Source: Eledone cirrhosa
Lineage: Eukaryota
Direction: 5' to 3'
DNA: 64,000 bases
Assembly (NCBI GenBank): GCA_964016885.1
Contig: OZ024750.1
Coordinates: 50,964,001-51,028,000 of the forward strand
Shown here: piece by piece, positions 40,640 through 54,339 of the stretch
Layout: every line of letters starts with the position of its first letter
How positions within the stretch are numbered: position 1 is the stretch's first letter
The notes under the pieces: model-generated
Seen by the model: the letters and a program-made list of their open reading frames with translations, nothing else
Database searches by the model: none
What the model was told of the DNA's origin: nothing
Translations under genes and position numbers: made by a program

Positions 40640-41950
40640 TTCCGGAAGTGGGTAGAAGCTTGTACCGCGATGACGCTCTTTTCAATTTAATTAACCATAG
40701 TAACAGTGCCGTAATTAAGAAAAAAGAAAATAATAATAGACCTTATTTTAATAATTACGGTTTTAAACTAGAAATAGGAAATAAAAGTAGAATAGCCAAC
40801 TTCCTCGATATTAAAATAAAGCTTAATTTTGTTCTATACTACCAACACCATCAATTAAATGAAAACCTCAATTATGTTAGCTACTTCTAAAGCCACCCTA
40901 GAAATGTTAAAAAGGCCATAGTCAAAAGTGTAGAGTAGATAATCTCTAGACTCTCAGCTAACTTCGATTGCAAGGCTATCTACTATAATAATGCATTACC
41001 TAGAGCAGGTTACCAGGACAAAATTGAATACATACAAATAGATGGAAACACTTACATACCTACACATAAACCCCAACAAACCAAAGGCATAAACTCTAAC
41101 AAACACCCAATTAACGATAATGGAAATCCCCATAAAGTTAAATAAGTGGGTGAGATGCCATTCCGTTCTGTGGTACAATCCACCCCAGTCCTTTGGCCTA
41201 CAAAAAAAAGTAGCTAGACTTTCTTTTAACGCATTAGATAGATATTTTCCAAAATCACACAAATACAGTCAAATCTTTAATCGACACAGAATTAAACTTT
41301 CTTACTCAACAACCTAAAATATAGCTCAGAATATAGCGAGGATTAACCACAGAAATCTGGGAATTAAACATAAAGAGATAACACATAATAGCAAGCATAG
41401 ACACACTGATAGATTAAACAGAACTCGAATAACAAGGCTAACACCATTAACACAAATGAGACAACCCAACAGACACACAGACACAGTGGGGGAGGGGGAC
41501 AATAAATGGTAACGTTAATATTTGCAATTGTAGAGACCATAACGGATGCACTATGCGAAATATATGTTTAGCGGAGATTATTGTTTATGAATGTAGAGTA
41601 ACAACAAGTAGTGAGACTTATAGATATATTGGCACCACCTCTACTAGATTTAAGAAAAGATGATAAACCATTGTCACTTCTTTAAAAGAGCTGATAAAAG
41701 ATCTAGCACAACACTGTCAGAATTGATTTGGTCGCTAAAAAATAACCAAATACAATATTCCCTTTCTTGGTCAAAACTCTCACATGCTTTTTCCATATAT
41801 AAATGGATCTATATCTTCTGGGTGTGACCTCTGAACCTCAGAGACTTTAAACATCATAAATAGTAGGCACAACATTATCAATAAAGACTCTGACACATTT
41901 AATACTTGTTTACATAAAATATATAAGACATTCCGCACAGTATATAGTTA
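40640..41950 (+). pseudogene. Decayed Penelope-like RT/GIY-YIG fragment
   Basis: LYRDDALF, ANFLDI, WYNPP, IFNRHRIKLSYST, CNCRDHNGC and IVYECRV..YIGTTSTRFKKR; many stops. Confidence 0.85.
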
Positions 41951-42276
41951 AAACCGCAAATAATATGAAATAGACCATCAACTAATAAATAAACCACTCA
42001 TAAAAATATAGATACATTATAACATCACCACCAAAGAACAAATATCTAAAATAAAAATAAAATCTAAGTAAGTAAAAAATAAATTAACAGTTCTTCCATG
42101 TCATACTATGAATCAAACGACAAATCTAGTAACCTGAGATCCCAGCCAGCCAGCCTACAATCACCAATCCCAGCAACAATACTATCTCCCGCACATAATA
42201 GAACAGCTACAAGAGAAATTTGGCCATATGTGTGAGGCAGTTACTATATAATTGGCTCTCTTTTTTATATACATAC

Positions 42277-42361
<85 letters not shown>

Positions 42362-42567
42362 GTTATAGTATCGTGAGAGGGAATAGAGGGAGGAGGCTTT
42401 ATAGGGGGAGAAGATACAGATAATTAATTGCCATAAGCAGGTGCTTTAGTGCTCGATGCTTGTGCAGACATAAGCACCTATCTTTGTAACACCGAGATAT
42501 GAATGTCGATGTTAAAATCGTATTCATACCCATTCAGGGTTCCTAATTAAACTATTTACTTCCCTCT

Positions 42568-42612
42568 GAGCCCCTGACAAGCCCAACTAGGGCGTAACAT
42601 GTGTAAGAGCTC
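42568..42612 (+). ncRNA. Degenerate hammerhead motif
   Basis: GAGCCC-CTGACAA-GCCC-AACTA-GGGC-GTAAC-ATGTGTAA-GAGCTC; two core substitutions, intact stem II. Confidence 0.5.
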
Positions 42613-42869
42613 CTTATAAATATATTTTAACGGTCTCCTTCTCTTTCTTCATTTTCTTCGATTATCTCCTTATATTATATAACCAGGCATTTCTCTGTCT
42701 GTCTGTCCGACGCGTAGAGAGAGAGTGAGAGTGAAAGAAAGAGACAGACTACAAGAGGGGGATAGCGGCAGGGAGAGAGAGAGACGCTGGAAGAGCGGAA
42801 GGAAAGCTATGTCTTGCTGTCTGCATTACGATACATATATATATACACACACACACTGAGCGCGTCATA

Positions 42870-43146
42870 ATGACGTAATGCAGACAGCCAGACATACAGA
42901 CAGATATTATAAGGGCGCAACGTTATATCTATGTATCTATCTAAAAAGAAAGGTTAATAATTATATAGAGAGAACGCTAAATCGCCTAATGCGGTCCCTA
43001 GGGCATGGAAAATTTGAAATAATCTTTACTCAAAACACTCACAGGACCATAAGTATTACATGTCTAAAGTTTGAAAACAATCGGTTGGATGGTTCTCAAG
43101 TTTTAGTGAGCTGACAGACAGACATTCTCTGTTTTAGATATATAGA
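42870..43146 (-). mobile_element. Helitron 5' portion, inverted relative to the adjacent Helitron
   Basis: Reverse complement begins TCTATATATCTAAAACAGAGAATGTCTGTCTG and parallels 43183-43452. Confidence 0.7.
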
Positions 43147-43182
43147 CTAGCAGAAAACCGCCCCCTGTTGGTTTTCTGCTAG

Positions 43183-44074
43183 TCTATATATATAAAACTA
43201 AGGATGTCTGTCTGTGTGTGTGTGAGTTTGAATACCCAAAACACGAGAAGCACCAAACCGACTGTTTTCAAACTTTATACATGTAATACTTATGTTTCAG
43301 GGAGTGTTCTGAGCAAAAAGAATTTCAAATTTTCAATACCCTAAGGACCGCATTAGGCAATTTAGCGAGCTCTCTCTATGATTCTTAGTCTTTCTCTTTT
43401 TAGATAGATACATACATATAACGTCGCGCCCTTATAGTATCTGTCTGTATGTCTGGCTGGTTGCATTACGTCACTTCCCTGAGGATGTGTGTGTCTGTGA
43501 GTTTGAATCCCTAAAACTCGAGAAATACCCAACCGACTTTTTTCAAACTTTCAGGGTGTGTTATGCATATAAAAATTCAACTTTTTGATCCCCTAGGGCC
43601 CACATTAGGTGAAAAACTGCGTTTTTTTCAGGTTTTTAGGGGTTTTTGAGGCTTTACGTCAGACCGATTTCCTTTTATATTGTAATCATGTATTAGTCAG
43701 TCTCTTCTTCATACCGTGAGCAAAGAGAATCCAACTTGTTTATGGCCTAGGGCCCGTATTAGGTGAAACACTTCATTTTTTCAGCTTTTTAGGGCTTTTT
43801 TGAGGCGTTAAGTTTAGCTGATTTTCCCGAAATTTCAAAGCATATTAGGCACATAAAAGAAATTCATTTTCGTGATCCCCTAGGGTTCGCATTAGGTGAA
43901 AACCTGCATTTTTCCTGTTTCATGTAGGAAAATCTTAAAGATTATCCAGCCATCAGAGTATTCGGTTTATTTTCTTTACAAATTTCCCGGGCATGCAGTT
44001 TTTCCACGATTAGGTCTGTTGGCGGCCCGCGTTCCCAAATACCTTATCCCGTGCAACTCCGGGTACTACTGCTA

Positions 44075-44075
<1 letters not shown>
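43183..44075 (+). mobile_element. Non-autonomous Helitron
   Basis: 5' TCTATATATATAAAAC; 3' hairpin CCCGTGCAACTCCGGG then TACTACTGCTAG|T; internal sub-repeats CCTAGGGCCCACATTAGGTGAAA. Confidence 0.8.
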
Positions 44076-44119
<44 letters not shown>

Positions 44120-44467
44120 ATATATAGGTATATATATGTTGGTAGATATATATATATATAGGTATATATATGTTGGTAGATATACTAATTCTTTATATTT
44201 TCTCCAAATTATTTGTTGAGCAAAACTTGCCGAAATTACTGCTATGGTTCATGGTAGTAGTTAGGCTCTTGTCTTATTACTCCTCTCCTCACTGATTAAC
44301 CTCAGTGTCACGTGATTGATTCTTTAGAATTTGCCACTGACCAAGTAGACAGTGAATGTTTTCAATGTCCTGGAATTTAGACCCCGCTCGCTTTTTTCCA
44401 TCCACTGAATTATTTGTCTATGAGTTCCTTGTGTCCACGTATTTCCTGGGAACTTAGCTGAGAATAG

Positions 44468-44549
44468 ACTCCCTGATGACGTAAGGATTTCTCTAAGGTT
44501 GCGTTGCGTAACCATATTTATTCCCTTACAGAAACTAATTAGTTGGAGT
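44468..44549 (+). ncRNA. Type I hammerhead with extended stem II
   Basis: ACTCC-CTGATGA-CGTAAGG...(inner hairpin GGTTGCG/CGTAACC)...CCTTACA-GAAA-CTAATTAG-TT-GGAGT; stem I ACTCC/GGAGT, palindromic stem III. Confidence 0.75.
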
Positions 44550-44970
44550 GAAATTTTTAGTAAGTAAGTTGATTTTAAAAATGTTCTTATTTTACGTCTT
44601 TCATATAATTGTTCTGCATCCCCTTGCATAGAACCACAAATTTACTAAGACATAACATATATATTTGCTAGCATAGGTATATATATGTTGGTAGATATAC
44701 TAATTCTATATATACAGAGAGGTTTATTAATGAGGCGGAATCAACGATTTGTTTGAATTATAGTGACAAACAATCTAATGGACTTCTGACAAAGCTGTAC
44801 TTCAGTCACAATTCTTGTGTCAACTCGAGACAGTGGATGAAGACACTTAACCAAGATGAAATGAATAAGATTGAATCCGAAATCTCATGATTCAGAAACG
44901 GTTTTCTTAACCCAATACTTTTTATATCTTCTTATTGTCTGTAACACTCTCTCCCTCTCTCACTCTATCC

Positions 44971-45088
<118 letters not shown>

Positions 45089-45164
45089 CGAAGGAAATGT
45101 GGTAAGGAACCAGATGGACCATAACGCACCAAAGTACTCAATACTTAGGGTAGTAGAGTGGGTA

Positions 45165-45283
45165 ATAGGAACAAGTAGGACCCCGACGGCTGAGTCAAGC
45201 CGTTTCGACGGCTAATTCTGGACATTTTAGTCCAGAATTAGCCGTCGAAACGGCTTGACTCAGCCGTCGGGATCCTACTTGTT

Positions 45284-45288
<5 letters not shown>
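45165..45288. repeat. ~59-bp-arm palindrome at the end of a (TA)n-flanked insert; relatives at ~22955-23105 and ~60140-60225
   Basis: ...GACGGCTAATTCTGGAC-ATTTTA-GTCCAGAATTAGCCGTC... Confidence 0.92.
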
Positions 45289-45343
<55 letters not shown>

Positions 45344-45782
45344 GGCCGCAGTTTGTTAACGGGAAACAATTAAAAGATAGCCTGTGAGAAATCAATGTAG
45401 AGTTATTGTATAGTTGGCCAAACTTCGTGTATTCTGTGCAGATCGAAATGTATTTTGATTATTTGATTATATATTATTTATAATAATTATTTAATTACCG
45501 ATACTCCTTTCAGTAATCAGATATCGTTGTCTGGTTTCCTTTACTTCCACTCTTCAATTATCAGATACAATAGTAGAATTGCTTTTAACTGGATTAAGAT
45601 CAATACAAATAACCGTTAGATCCCCCCCCCCTTATCATGTACCACTAGTTCAGTATACATGGTCATAGAGTTCATTATGTCTTGATTACAATTTAAAATA
45701 AATTAGTTAAACATATTTCCTGCTTATAGATGTTGTTTTGTTAGTATTTATTTATAATAGTATTTATTATTGTTGTTAGTAA

Positions 45783-45970
45783 TGGCGGTGGATTTGCAGT
45801 ATCGGTAGAGGCTGGGATGCCATGTTTTGCAGCATAGTTACGTCCCTTTACGATATGAGTTCAAATCCCACCGAGGTTGACTTTGCCTTTCATCCTTACG
45901 GGGGTCGATAAAAAAAATACCAGTAATGTACTGATTAATTGCTGGCCTTGTGCCTAAAGTAGAAACAATT
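45783..45970 (+). mobile_element. SINE family 1, full length
   Basis: A box, B box and body match. Confidence 0.88.
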
Positions 45971-46109
45971 GTCGTTGTTAGTAACACTCGTTCTGCCGAC
46001 ACCACCTCCTCAGTCTTATATGCTACTATCAAATTAAATCAAAGAACGAGTGGGCCTTGTTACTCAGGAGATTCACCTCTGCACTCGCCTGATCATCAGG
46101 CAGATGTAT

Positions 46110-46183
<74 letters not shown>

Positions 46184-46444
46184 TTTCTCTCTCTCTTTCT
46201 CTCTCTCTTGCTTCTCTGTGTGTGCATGGGTGAGAAACGGTGGAAACATCAGAAATCTAGGGTTCGAACAACCTCCATAGATTACTGTGATCGGGGTGGG
46301 TAGAGTCATTCGTAAGAACAAATACCGGTCAAGGACCGGATCTTTGAACATATCTCCGTCACCCCCCCCCCCCCCACCACGTCCGAGGTACCATATTGCT
46401 ATTCTAGCTGTCGAGACTATGAAGCAATAACAATCTTAAGTATA

Positions 46445-46628
46445 ATTGTTTCTACTTTTGGGACACAGCCAGCAATTATCCCAGTGTATTACTGGTGCTT
46501 TATTTTATCGACCCCGTAAGGATGAAAGGCAAATTAACCTCGACGGGATTTGAACTCAGACCATAAAAGGCCGTAACTCTTTGCTATAAAGCATGGCGTC
46601 AGGCCCTCTATCGATACTGCCAATCCCC
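46445..46628 (-). mobile_element. SINE family 1, full length
   Basis: Reverse-complement match. Confidence 0.85.
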
Positions 46629-47543
46629 AGTAATTATATTTTATTGTTGTTGTTATTCTATTCCATCAAGATACATAGTGTCCAATGTAGAGTGTATTTC
46701 ATCTTCGTATCTTACTTAGGTGGTCAATTGGCAGAGTCGTTAGAGCATCGGATTATATACCTCGATATTTGTCTCTGAGTTCAAATCCCACGCGGTAAAA
46801 TGAGCTTTTTATCGTTTTATCGTTTCGTGGTCGATAAATAAAGTATCAGTGCTGAGGCGGAATTGTCAAGTGTGTATACTTTATAGTATCTCATCTGTCT
46901 ATTGAAATCCGTCTTCCTTCTACCAAGATGTATGACCAACAGATAGTAACAGCTATGGAAAGATAAATGGAAACATCATTTTCTCGGTCCAATCTCTTAG
47001 TCGGCTTCTTTATTTTCCTATATTTCCTTCCTTAGAATGATACAAAATTTCAAACACTCATGTAAAAACAATCGGACAACTTAAGAAACATTTGACAAAT
47101 ATAAAAAAATCTAGTAAATCGGATAAATTACTCATGGAAACTGTTTCCGAATATTATTATAGTTACTTGCTTTAGGAGAACTAGCTGAGATAAATTTAAA
47201 ATAAGTTCCTTAAACATATGTTTACCAGAAACTTTCAAGAAGACTTATAAATGCAAGCCACATCTGTTCTGAAACAGAAATAAAATTTACTATCCATATA
47301 TAGTCACGTACATTTAAATTTGTGCGGAAGTATGTGAAGATTTTAATTTCTTTGGAACAGATAAATATGTAAATGATATTCATGTATTCCTATACATATT
47401 GACATACGCTAGTATATCTAAATATATTTTTGTGTCATGTATACATATAAACATGCATGAATGAATATATGTAACTATGTATGCATACACGCATGCATGT
47501 ACATATGTACGTATGTACGTATGTATGTATGTATGTATGTATG

Positions 47544-47577
<34 letters not shown>

Positions 47578-47726
47578 TGTATGTATGTATGTATGTATGT
47601 ATGTATGTATGTATGTATGTATCTATCTATCTATGTATATTTGTATGTATGCACGTATAATACACACACACATATATATATATATATAAATATATATATA
47701 TATATGTATACATATACATGTATATA

Positions 47727-47770
<44 letters not shown>

Positions 47771-47813
47771 GAAAAAAAGAAGTTAACGTAACCAAAATGC
47801 CAACAATAATTCT

Positions 47814-47883
<70 letters not shown>

Positions 47884-48572
47884 TGTACATACATTTGTAT
47901 ATACACGTCTGTATCTATGTACGGATGTATGTATCAATGTATGTAGGCTTGTACATAGCATACGTATGTATGCAGAAATGTATTAAAAAAATATATATAT
48001 TAAAATACAATAAGTTTTGAGGATTGAAATTCGTATAAATATTTAAAGGAAGGGAAGTAGAATAGTCAACAATTGAATAATTAGAATCTGCTAGGAGAAA
48101 ATAAAGATCTGAGCTTGATATTGCTGGGAAATGTTCACTAGTTTGTATAGGCATTAATAGGTGGGCGTTTAACTTTTTAAAAATCAATTCGTTTGCGCCT
48201 TTCAAACCACATCTGGACTATATACTGGCTGTAATCTTTTATACTTGAGGATCAATCAGCCGAATGAATTTCCGTTTGTGTTTATTTTATTTTAGTTATA
48301 TATTTATTATTTCTTCATGGCCTGAATTCCGAGCACGATGCTGGTTATAATGAACTCCATTGATATACATCAGAATAGAGATTGCTAAACGTTTGTTAAG
48401 GTGGCGAGGGGGGAATGTCTCGAAGTGAGTTTAATGCTATTCTATTGTAATTGGAAAGAATATGATGATGTATAGCAACGTAAGACTGTTGTATTTGAGG
48501 AGATGGGGGGGGGGGGGGGGGTAGGCTGTGTTGCGTTGTTGTGTCTGTTGTTGAGGTTGTTGTTGTTTGTGT

Positions 48573-48573
<1 letters not shown>

Positions 48574-48614
<41 letters not shown>

Positions 48615-48659
48615 TGATAGATTGATTTATAGAGAGATAAATAAATAGATAGATAGATA
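48574..48659. repeat. (GATA)n microsatellite at the 3' end of Tx1 element A
   Basis: Direct reading. Confidence 0.92.
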
Positions 48660-51600
48660 TGTTTCTTTATTAGCCACAGGGGCACAAAAGAAGGGGGAAG
48701 TTTACATACAATAAAAACGTGTAAAATATTATCACAAACGCAATTTAAAAATTAGTCGACTTTCCCCAATAGGGGAGACATTACATATGGGTAACACATA
48801 CCACCGAAAAAAAATGTGCAACCTTCATCTCCAGGAGTAGGAAGAGTTTGTACTGCTTTCCTTTCCTCCTCTGTTTCCTCAACCTACAGGCTGATATAGA
48901 GAGAAGGCCCATTCGCTCGGGCCATTCTCGCCACTTTCACCCACCTTTCATAAAACTTGCTGGGGTAGAGCACCTCTCTCTCCATCCTGATTCTTCTTCC
49001 AAAGTGGTATTTGAAAAAAAGAATCAGTTGTTGGCCGGAGAGAAAGGTGTCTGACCTCAGCCCTTTCAACCTTGTCCACCATACAACCTGTTTCGCCATA
49101 GCTATCACACAAAGGAAAACCGCCTCTCCTTCGTTTTTGAAGGAGGGTGGCGGTTTCATAATGATAATGGACTCGGTGGTCAACCGGATTGGTCCCACCC
49201 GCCACAGTAATCGTTCTACACAGCCCCACAGGTCGGTAATGCCCGGGCAGTGTATGAATGCGTGCGCCACTGTTTCTTCGTCTCGCACGCACCTGGGACA
49301 GATCTTTTTTGCAGGGTCCCTGCCCTGGCGCCCATGTCTGTAGAGCTTGTCTCGAACTGGATGAGCTCCTCGGTAGCACTGCCAGGCCAGGGATTTTGGG
49401 AAGTCGTCCATCGGTCCCGGGCGGAAGGTCTTACCGAACAGACTGGCCAGTTCGTCTTCCCCTAAGCCTTGAGTTTCTCCGAACGCGTCGTCGCACTTGC
49501 TGCGGATCAACCCTCTATAGAATGACGGAGTGGAATCTTCACTAATCGCCGGGTCCGTCTGCCAGAGGGCTGTGAGCGCCTGAGCACATTCGATGTGCCA
49601 GTCGCCCATTTTCGTCGGTCTTTGCTTGACCCAGGACTGCAGCTCGGTCAGCGAGACGAGCCGTGGGAAGGCTCGCCTCACGAACGCCGCCCACACCGGT
49701 TGTCCGGTGAGGAATACGTAGAGATGCCGCAGCCTGAGCGCGTGTTTGCGCATCGTCAGCCACGGCATCCCCAGCCCTCCGTTGGAAGGGTGTTGGCAGC
49801 AGATGGATCTTCTCACCAAAGGAGCCCGCCCCTTCCAAAGGAATTGGAGGAGCGCGCGCTCTATTTTGGTGAGCGTTTTGGCTGGACAAAGCACGACAGT
49901 CAAGCGGTAGTAGATGGCGGACGCTATAAAAGTGTTCGCCACCTCCGCTCGACTTTTCAAGGATAGTTTGCACTCGGCCCACTTCTGAGTGAGTGCAAAT
50001 ATCTTGGCCGTCACCTCGTTCTAGTTCTTCACCACCTGGAGGTCCGGACCAAACCAGACCCCGAGCAGCTTTACCGGTCCTTCCGTCCAGCTTCCGGCGA
50101 CGCCATCGGAAGGCGTCGGTTTGCCTCTCCACAATCCGAGTTGCAAACCGATTGACTTGTCCCGGTTCGGCTTCGCACCTGTGAACCTTTCGTATTCCTT
50201 CAGTAAGGTGCCGACTTCTTCGATTTGCGAGGCGCTCGACACCATTACTGTCACGTCGTCGGCGTAGGCCGACTCCGCTTTCCGCAGTCCCGTTTCCAGA
50301 GGGATGCCCTGCAATAGCTCCAACTTCCGCAGTAGTGGCTTGAGAGTCAGTACGTACAGGAGGGGAGAGAGGGCATCCCTGTCGAATGGATCGCGTGATA
50401 TGGAATGGCTCCGAGAGATAGCCGTTCACCTTGGCCCTTGAGCAGATGTTGCTGTTGTGCATTGCAGCAATCCAGCCCCTGAACACGGGTCCGAAGCCTG
50501 GTGCCTCGAGCACCGCATCCAGGTAAAGATGTTCAACCCTATCCAAAGCCTTAGACTGATCAAGTTCATCAGGGCCCCACCGAAGCCGGGTTTACAGCCT
50601 ACCCTCTCTATGATGTATCGTATATGGTGGAGGTTGTCGTGTATGGACCAGGTCGGGATTGCGCATGTCTGCGCTTCTCCCACCAGGTTCTCGACGACAA
50701 ATGGAAGCCTCTTTGCCAACACCTTGGCCAAAATCTGTAACTCTGTGTTTAGCAGAGTTATGGGCCGGAAGTTGCCTATGTCATCCCACTTATTCTCGTT
50801 CTTCCTGACTAGTGTGACTACGCCCCCGGTCACAGAACTGGGAATTCTCCCGTTCTGTTGCCAGTTGCAGTAGACCGGAGAATAACTCCGGCATTGCTAC
50901 GTAAAAATCGTAGGGTAGACCGTCGAGACCTCGAGATTTGCGTTTGCCGCATGGGCTCAGCGTGTCCCCTATCTCAGCGGCTGAAATCGGCTTTTCGCAG
51001 AACTTCGCCTCGCTGTCCGTGAGTCGCGTTAGCCCGTTGAGGTATGGACCGAATCATAGAACCTCCCGGCGCGCCCTGCCCGAACAGTTGAGCAAAGTGC
51101 CGCTGAAAAGCCGCACGCATCTGCTTTGGCTCACGCATCACGCATCTGTCTTGGTCCTTCAAAGACCGAATCGTGGACTTGTTGCCACTTTTTGCCTCCG
51201 TCACTCGGGCCCAGCTAACAGCTTTGGCTCCCTCGTTTCTCAGAGCACGTATTTTGCTTCTGACAACGCAGCCCTCGTGCTTTGCGTCGAAGAACTGGTC
51301 CAAGGCCGTTCTCGTTGCTCGCACGCTGGCTACGTTGTCACTTGTAATTGCCTCTTCTACGTTATCTACCAGTTCCTTCTCGGTTCTATTTCTATCTAAC
51401 GCTAATTCTTTACTAAAAACTAACGAATCTAATCTAACTGCCCTCTTGAGAGAGTACCACCATCTGTTGTTGACAATGGCCCCTGTCAAGTGCTGTTTAA
51501 CTAAAGTGCTAATCCGTCTACTGTAGGCTTTGCATGTCGGTGACGCCAAGTTCACCTTCCAGTTGCCGAGTCCTTGTCTATGGGTTCTATCAAGGTTGAC

Positions 51601-53758
51601 CATGCAGGTCACTAGTTTGTGATCTGAATAGGTAACCATGAACATTTGTGGACAGCTTAACATGTTCCTATCCTTATTTATAACTAGAACCCTATCTAGG
51701 TACGATCTAGATGTTCCGCTACGATCAGTCCACGTCCACAGTGGCACAGTCGGAATATCTAGTCGATATCTATCGGCCAGGTCAAATCGGCCGATTAACT
51801 GTTTGAGGATGTTACACCCCCCCCCCCCCCCCTTTATCAGGACATTCTCCCACATAGTCCCAACGTGCATCTAGGATTCCATTCCAGTCCCCCACTAAAA
51901 GCAAGGAGCTGGAGTTCCCAGAAAAGTCTCTAGACGTTTGAAGAAGTCTGGCCGCGGTGTCCCGGATGGGGCACATGCGGCCACCAGCCTGGAGGTTCCA
52001 CCTTCACTACCGTCAACGTCTAGGATCACCAGTCGACTCTCCGGGTCTAGATATACCGTCTGTGTTACAACGTCCAGGTGTTTCCGCAGCAAAACGGCAA
52101 CCCCACCCCCATCACCCGGCTGACAGAAAGATGCGTAGATCTCAAAGTCGTCGAAGATGGGGGCCAGTTGTCGCTCGCTGTGTATCCTGAACTCGCAAAT
52201 GGCTACTACATCCATACTGTGGGACCTGAGGTCGTTTAAGAGTTTGCCCTGTTTCCAGGGCATCCCCAGGCCGCGTACATTCACATATCCAACTCTTATA
52301 TTGGCCATGTTGGTGCTGAAAAGTTAAAAGAACAGGAAAAGAAATCTCTCACCTCTTCGTCTCCTGGGGACCAGGCTGCACAATTTCCATGGGGGTGTTG
52401 GAGGGGTTGTTTGCTGTGGTGGTGGTCTCTGGCGGGGTGGGGACGGAGATGTTTGGTGGGGAGGGGGTGTCAGGTGTGGTGGGGGTGGGGAAACATTTCA
52501 AAAGGATACGGTTATAGGATTTGACGCAGGGGTTACCTACGTCGTTAGGAAATTTTCTTTTAACTGTTTATGTGTGTCCATGGAGATCCTAATCATTTTA
52601 AGATTAGGATTCTCCGAAGAGTGTGTAAAAGTTTTCCCTTCGGTCTCCACCGAAATGTTTTTATATATGGTGTCTGTTAAAGTTTTATTGTTAGTATTTA
52701 TGTAGGTGTAATATTTTTGCTGTGTTGTGTTGCTTTTTTTCTGTGGTTCTTGTGTGTGTTTACGTTTTGTAGTAGGTGTATTGTTTTCAGGAGGAGGTGT
52801 TTTTGTTTGTGCTGTTTGCGTCGCTTGTATTGGTGTTTGTGTGTTTGTTGCATTTTTGTTTGTGTTATATCTTTTCTTTTTTCTTTTTACTGGTCGGAAA
52901 GGCTCTCCCTCATCGTCACTGGGTGACGATGATGAGGCCTCATCCGTGTTGTTGGGGAGGAGTACATTTTGGGGAGCTGTTATGTGTGTGGGTATTTCTG
53001 GAGTTGTTTTAGGTGGGGAGGGGTTTGGTGGGACTGTGTTTGCAGTTTGATTTGTTTTTGTGTGTTGTTGTTGTGGTAGTGGTGGTGGTTGTGTTGTGTT
53101 GGGTGTCGGCAGTAGTGCCTTTTTTTAATGCAGTTAATTGAGGACAGGAAGCCCTCAGGTGACCACTGCTTAAACAGTGGTAACAACATAAAGGCCGCCT
53201 ACCCTCAACAGAAATGTTTATTTAGGAATTATTGTTACTACTGTTGGTGTTGTTGTCATTATTGTTGCTGTTGTTGTTGTCATTGTTGTCGTTGTTGTTG
53301 TTTTTGTAGTTCTCAATTGCTTGATCTGTGGTTGCGGAATTCATTTGTGAAGTTGTGTTTTCGTTCATAGCATTGTTGATATTGTTGTTGCTGGTGCCGC
53401 TGGTTGTGTTGTTTTGGTTTGTTGCCATGGCAACGTCAAGTTGTCGGTCAGCAGGTGGAGAAAATCCTTCCTCTGGCTGACCTTTGTCTTTGACATCTGC
53501 TACTATGACAGTGGCAGGGGGAACCTGTAAGCATATCTTCCCCTTTCCTCCTTCGAATGTTGGTGAAGAAACTTCAGCCATTTTTTTAAAACGTTAGCTT
53601 TTCCAAAAAAAGCTTTTTATGTACTATTTCGCCTAAAGGCGTAATATATTTTGAGAGACTGACCAGTCCCTTTACACATTGGTAAAAAAATGAAGGTTCA
53701 CAGTTAAGAATTTAAGCAGAACTTACCCAGCAAGTTTCACGCGTGTGTCCATCCCGGA
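48660..53758 (-). mobile_element. Tx1/L1-clade non-LTR retrotransposon A, apparently full length but frameshifted
   Basis: ORF1 remnant from 53581 with zinc knuckle VEGRRPLCCYHCLSSGHLRASCP (~53140-53215). ORF2 52308-48884 has APE (YVNVRGL, SYLDR, YSDHK), RT (NFRPITLLN, AYADD) and a C-terminal CPRC...ETVAHAFIHC. AATAAA precedes (TATC)n. Confidence 0.92.
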
Positions 53759-53776
53759 ATATATATATATATAGAT

Positions 53777-54326
53777 ATGTTTCTTTTATTTGCCACCAGG
53801 GCATCAACAGTGGGACAAGTACAATGGGGGGAGTTTACAAAACAAGGCGTCCTCAATAAGGAGGAGGCAATAACAATATATAAAAATAAAATAAAATATA
53901 ACAAAAAATAAAATTTATAACAAAGTCCTCAATAGAGAGGAGGTGCCTTGGGGGGTCGCACCCCCCCCCCCCCCCGAAAAAAGTGTGCAACCCTTCTCCT
54001 CAGGAGCACAGAGAAGGGGTGCTCCCTTGGTCTTTCATCTTCCTCACCTATAGTCTGATGTAGAGTGAAGGCCCATTCACACGGGCCATTCTCGCCACTT
54101 TCACCCATCTTTCATAGAAACGGCTGGGGTGCAGCACCTCTCTCTCCATCCTGATCCTTCTTCCGAAATGATATCGGAAGAAACGGACCAGTTGTTGGCC
54201 AGAGAGAAAGGTGTCTGACCTCAGTCCTTTCAGACGCGTCCAGCTTACACCCTCTTTCGCCATGGCTATTACGCACAGAAACACCGCCTCTCCTTCGTTT
54301 TTGAAGAGGGGAGGCGGCTTGATCGT
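53777..54326 (-). mobile_element. Tx1 element B, heavily 5'-truncated
   Basis: ORF2 C-terminus (KPPPLFKNEGEAVFLC...GPSLYIRL*) and 3' UTR, bounded by short GATA repeats. Confidence 0.9.
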
Positions 54327-54339
54327 TAGATAGATAGAT

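Noticed and set aside
41820-41840. TGA at the second Cys of the GIY-YIG CxxC (CDL*), suggesting selenocysteine as in Naiad PLEs
   Set aside because: This copy has many other stops and frameshifts, the two better-preserved PLEs have Cys here, and no SECIS was identified.
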